Below, one piece after another: positions 61,422-64,000 of a DNA stretch of 64,000 nucleotides. Every line of letters starts with the position of its first letter. Positions within the stretch are counted from its first letter, which is position 1. Where the stretch lies: the IMG/VR virus record IMGVR_UViG_2548876947_000004; one strand, written 5' to 3'. The position numbers and the translations under genes were made by a program. Under the pieces are notes generated by a model. It saw nothing but the letters and a program-made list of their open reading frames with translations. It had not been told where the DNA came from and searched no databases. The DNA comes from a virus (taxonomy: Duplodnaviria; Heunggongvirae; Uroviricota; Caudoviricetes).

Positions 61422-62536
61422 GAACGTCATTAGTCACCCGTGAAGAGATGATCGAGGCAATTGAACAGCACACTGCCTGTATCAGTACCAGGGATATACC
61501 AGGCGTTATTGCCAACTACTTCATGATCACCAAACAACTTTACCGGAGAAAGGACAAGAACGCGGTTCACCGTATCCTGTTGTCTGATATCCGCGAATAC
61601 CTGCTCGAACAGGGTCATCTGAATTACGCAACCGTCGCAGCCGAAGCACGCAAGGAGGCACACAGAATGAAAGCAACTAACGTTAAATCAGAAAAAATTC
61701 ATGCACCTTCAGTTCAGGAATCGGAGCTGGTGGTTGTTCAGAATCAGTCTGATGAAATTCCCGTTCTGGAATGGCAGGGAGTGCGTGTAGTGACAACCGA
61801 GACTCTTGCTAGAGGGTATGGGACAGAAACAATCCGTATTCGCCAAAATCATCATGAGAACAAAGTACGCTTTGTTGAAGGGAAGCACTTTTTCAAAGTT
61901 GAAGGAGAATCATTGCGCGAGTTGAAGCACAGAGTAGCTTTAAACTACTCTGTAAAAATTGCTCGCAATGTTCGCTCACTCACCCTCTGGACAGAACGCG
62001 GCGCAGCCCGCCACGCTAAAATGCTCGAAACCGATCAGGCATGGGCATTCTTTGAAAAACTGGAAGACAGCTACTTCCGACAAAAAGAACAGCAACCGAT
62101 CGCAATCCCCCAGACGCTTCCTGAAGCCCTACGCCTGGCTGCCGAACTGGCTGAACAAAAGCAACTTCTGGAACAGAAAGCCCACCAGCTAAATCAGCAG
62201 CTGGTGGCCGCCGCTCCTAAAGTCGATTTTGCCGACCGGGTATCAGTAGCTAAAGGGATCCTGATTGGGAATTTTGCAAAGGTTGTTGGACTTAAGCAAA
62301 ACGCGCTGTTTGTCTGGTTACGGGAGAACGGCATCCTGATAGCGTCCGGTGGACGTAAAAATGTGCCGTTCCAGCAGTACATCAACGCGGGGTATTTCAC
62401 GGTGAAAGAAGTGGTGCTGGATGATGAAGATGGCTACCAGATACGGTTGACGCCTCAATTAACGGGTAAAGGCCAGCAGTGGTTGACGCGTAAACTGCTC
62501 GATGCTGGCTTGTTAAAACCGGTGGCAGCTGAATAA
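61418..62536 (+). CDS. Antirepressor paralogue (372 aa) with Rha/ORF6N-like middle domain
   Basis: N-terminal ~85 aa and C-terminal ~140 aa paralogous to Ant at 13204..14238; the central region differs. Confidence 0.65.
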   Translation: MRTSLVTREEMIEAIEQHTACISTRDIPGVIANYFMITKQLYRRKDKNAVHRILLSDIREYLLEQGHLNYATVAAEARKEAHRMKATNVKSEKIHAPSVQESELVVVQNQSDEIPVLEWQGVRVVTTETLARGYGTETIRIRQNHHENKVRFVEGKHFFKVEGESLRELKHRVALNYSVKIARNVRSLTLWTERGAARHAKMLETDQAWAFFEKLEDSYFRQKEQQPIAIPQTLPEALRLAAELAEQKQLLEQKAHQLNQQLVAAAPKVDFADRVSVAKGILIGNFAKVVGLKQNALFVWLRENGILIASGGRKNVPFQQYINAGYFTVKEVVLDDEDGYQIRLTPQLTGKGQQWLTRKLLDAGLLKPVAAE

Positions 62537-62549
62537 TGGAAGAATGCCC

Positions 62550-62580
62550 GGTTGATGCCGGGCATAATTTATTGCGCGCT
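62550..62580. terminator. Bidirectional terminator between convergent antirepressor and c1
   Basis: atgcccgg-ttgatg-ccgggcat hairpin with A/T-rich flanks. Confidence 0.5.
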
Positions 62581-63420
62581 TTCGGGGTTGTCGTTTACTG
62601 GCTGCCCCTTCTTGGTTTTACGGCTGCGCGTAACTGATGCGGCTGACTTAACCTTTTTCTCTTCGCGAGTGATGGCAATTTGTTTTTTTACATTTTCAAT
62701 ATCTGCCAGGCGATATATTTTTGCTTGCGGCCAGCGGTCGCAGATGATCGGTTCTATGGAGTCATAAAGGCTAAATTTTGCTTTTTCGAATTCACCGTTG
62801 ATGATAATTCCATCACGGAGAGTTTCATCGCAGATAAACACGCCACACAGTGGCACATGGTAACTAACTGATTTACCATCATTGTAGTTAGGGCTACTGG
62901 AAATGTAGTGGACGCGCAGCATTGTTTCGCTAAAGCCGTGTACGCGCATACGGAATTTTTCATCCTCCGGGTACTGCCTCATTAGCTCTTTTGTTGCTTC
63001 CAGGTTCTCTATGTATTTCGCACTGTGCTCATTGATCCCCGCGCTTTTTTGGATGCGAATGTCCTTATCAATCAGATGAATAATGCGGCCAGCGGTCATG
63101 TTGACGCTGTTCACAGCTTCTGTCTGATAAGTTGTAACCTTGCGCACACCGCGAAGGATGTTAGGCACTGGATATAAAATAGTCTTTGGGATATTGAGGT
63201 CTGGGTACTGTTCCAGTTCCCGCGCCATTAAAGTCCATTTATCAATTTCAGCCTGAATGCTGTCAGTTTCTTTGAACGGTAGAACGACAACCGGGCGTAC
63301 AGGACGACCGTCGCTGGCTGTATCAACGTGTTGGGCGCGTGCAACAGCTTTTTTTAGAAAGAGATCCCTGAAGCTGACGAACTCCTGGTACAGTTGTTCG
63401 CCGTAGACATAATTTATCAT
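62569..63420 (-). CDS. c1: Primary immunity repressor C1 (283 aa)
   Basis: MINYVYGEQLYQEFVSFRDLFLKKAVARAQHVD... matches my recollection of P1 C1; cognate operators are abundant in the window. Confidence 0.9.
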   Translation of the reverse strand: MINYVYGEQLYQEFVSFRDLFLKKAVARAQHVDTASDGRPVRPVVVLPFKETDSIQAEIDKWTLMARELEQYPDLNIPKTILYPVPNILRGVRKVTTYQTEAVNSVNMTAGRIIHLIDKDIRIQKSAGINEHSAKYIENLEATKELMRQYPEDEKFRMRVHGFSETMLRVHYISSSPNYNDGKSVSYHVPLCGVFICDETLRDGIIINGEFEKAKFSLYDSIEPIICDRWPQAKIYRLADIENVKKQIAITREEKKVKSAASVTRSRKTKKGQPVNDNPESAQ

Positions 63421-63514
63421 TGATCCTCCTCCAGAATTGACATGGTCAATAACGCCCGGCTGAGAAAACCGGTCATTACTGACCTATATTATAGAGGGAT
63501 CAAACAAAAATAAT

Positions 63515-63531
63515 AGATTTATTAGTGCATT
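63515..63531 (-). promoter_or_regulatory. C1 operator-like site upstream of c1 (Op99-type)
   Basis: Reverse complement AATGCACTAATAAATCT, 14/17. Confidence 0.5.
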
Positions 63532-63740
63532 TATTGTGAGTCTAACTGGTTAGTTGCCATGAGATATTCGATTGTGTCAGTGAGGTCATCCAGGTCGTCT
63601 TGGGTGATGCGGTACTCCTGATTGGATATCTTTGAGTAGTGTTCAGCAATGGCGCGGGCAGCGTCGGTTTCGGCAGGGTCTACAGATAAAGCGTTAGAGC
63701 AATGTCTAACGTCGTCGATGGTTGGTTGAATGAAAGCCAT
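63531..63740 (-). CDS. coi: C1 inactivator Coi (69 aa)
   Basis: 69-aa acidic ORF immediately upstream of c1 on the same strand. Confidence 0.75.
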   Translation of the reverse strand: MAFIQPTIDDVRHCSNALSVDPAETDAARAIAEHYSKISNQEYRITQDDLDDLTDTIEYLMATNQLDSQ

Positions 63741-63978
63741 AATTATGCCTCACTGTATTGACAACACAGAGCCTGAAGCTCTGACCTACTGTTTCACCCA
63801 TGATCCATGCTGGGGTAATCTAACAACATTGCGCTGTGTGTAAGATGAGCAATGCATAGCTGTAATGCCGTTGTATAAGGTTTCCCTGTTTGCTCATTTC
63901 CTTCTGAGCCGCTCTACAACGCTGAAGACACATTAAATAGTGAATCCAAAGTCGTATTACGTAACGACGGCAAAACTA

Positions 63979-63995
63979 TAATTTATTAGAGCAAT
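63979..63995 (-). promoter_or_regulatory. C1 operator upstream of coi-c1
   Basis: Reverse complement ATTGCTCTAATAAATTA, 16/17. Confidence 0.65.
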
Positions 63996-64000
63996 TGTCA

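Overview
The window reads as a roughly 64-kb, largely collinear segment of a P1-family phage-plasmid (a temperate myovirus maintained as a low-copy plasmid). All calls are from reading the sequence and the supplied ORF translations against remembered protein families; no database search was possible. Order along the window: tail-fiber gene (truncated at the window start), baseplate/tail genes and the Sit tape-measure/transglycosylase; an AT-rich three-gene cassette; an immI-type module (c4-like RNA, icd, ant) followed by kilA and repL; a hok/gef-family toxin; putative sheath and head genes; parB-parA, repA with flanking iteron arrays and a GATC/DnaA-box origin; a spanin-like pair and a PAAR-like gene; rdgC-like gene and a C5+N6 double methyltransferase; three tRNAs (Asn, Thr, Ile-CAU) with a TerB-like gene; DnaB-like helicase; a second tail/baseplate block; a long plus-strand operon of mostly unknown genes including a Ser/Thr phosphatase; umuD-like, phd-doc, pacA-pacB with a pac site; a second c4-icd-ant-like module; and the C1 repressor with coi. 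About a dozen copies of the asymmetric C1 operator consensus (ATTGCTCTAATAAATTT) sit in front of these operons. The most notable observations are: (1) a 341-codon LAGLIDADG intein inserted exactly at the catalytic Pro-Cys-Gln motif of the C5-methyltransferase domain; (2) two immI-type modules whose c4-like RNAs each carry a loop complementary to their own icd ribosome-binding site but not to the other's; (3) the AT-rich secreted/membrane-protein cassette at the position where P1 carries sim; (4) a hok/gef-type type I toxin in addition to phd-doc; (5) a family of tRNA-sized stem-bounded elements around the tRNA genes. No CRISPR array, rRNA, transposase or integrase was seen.
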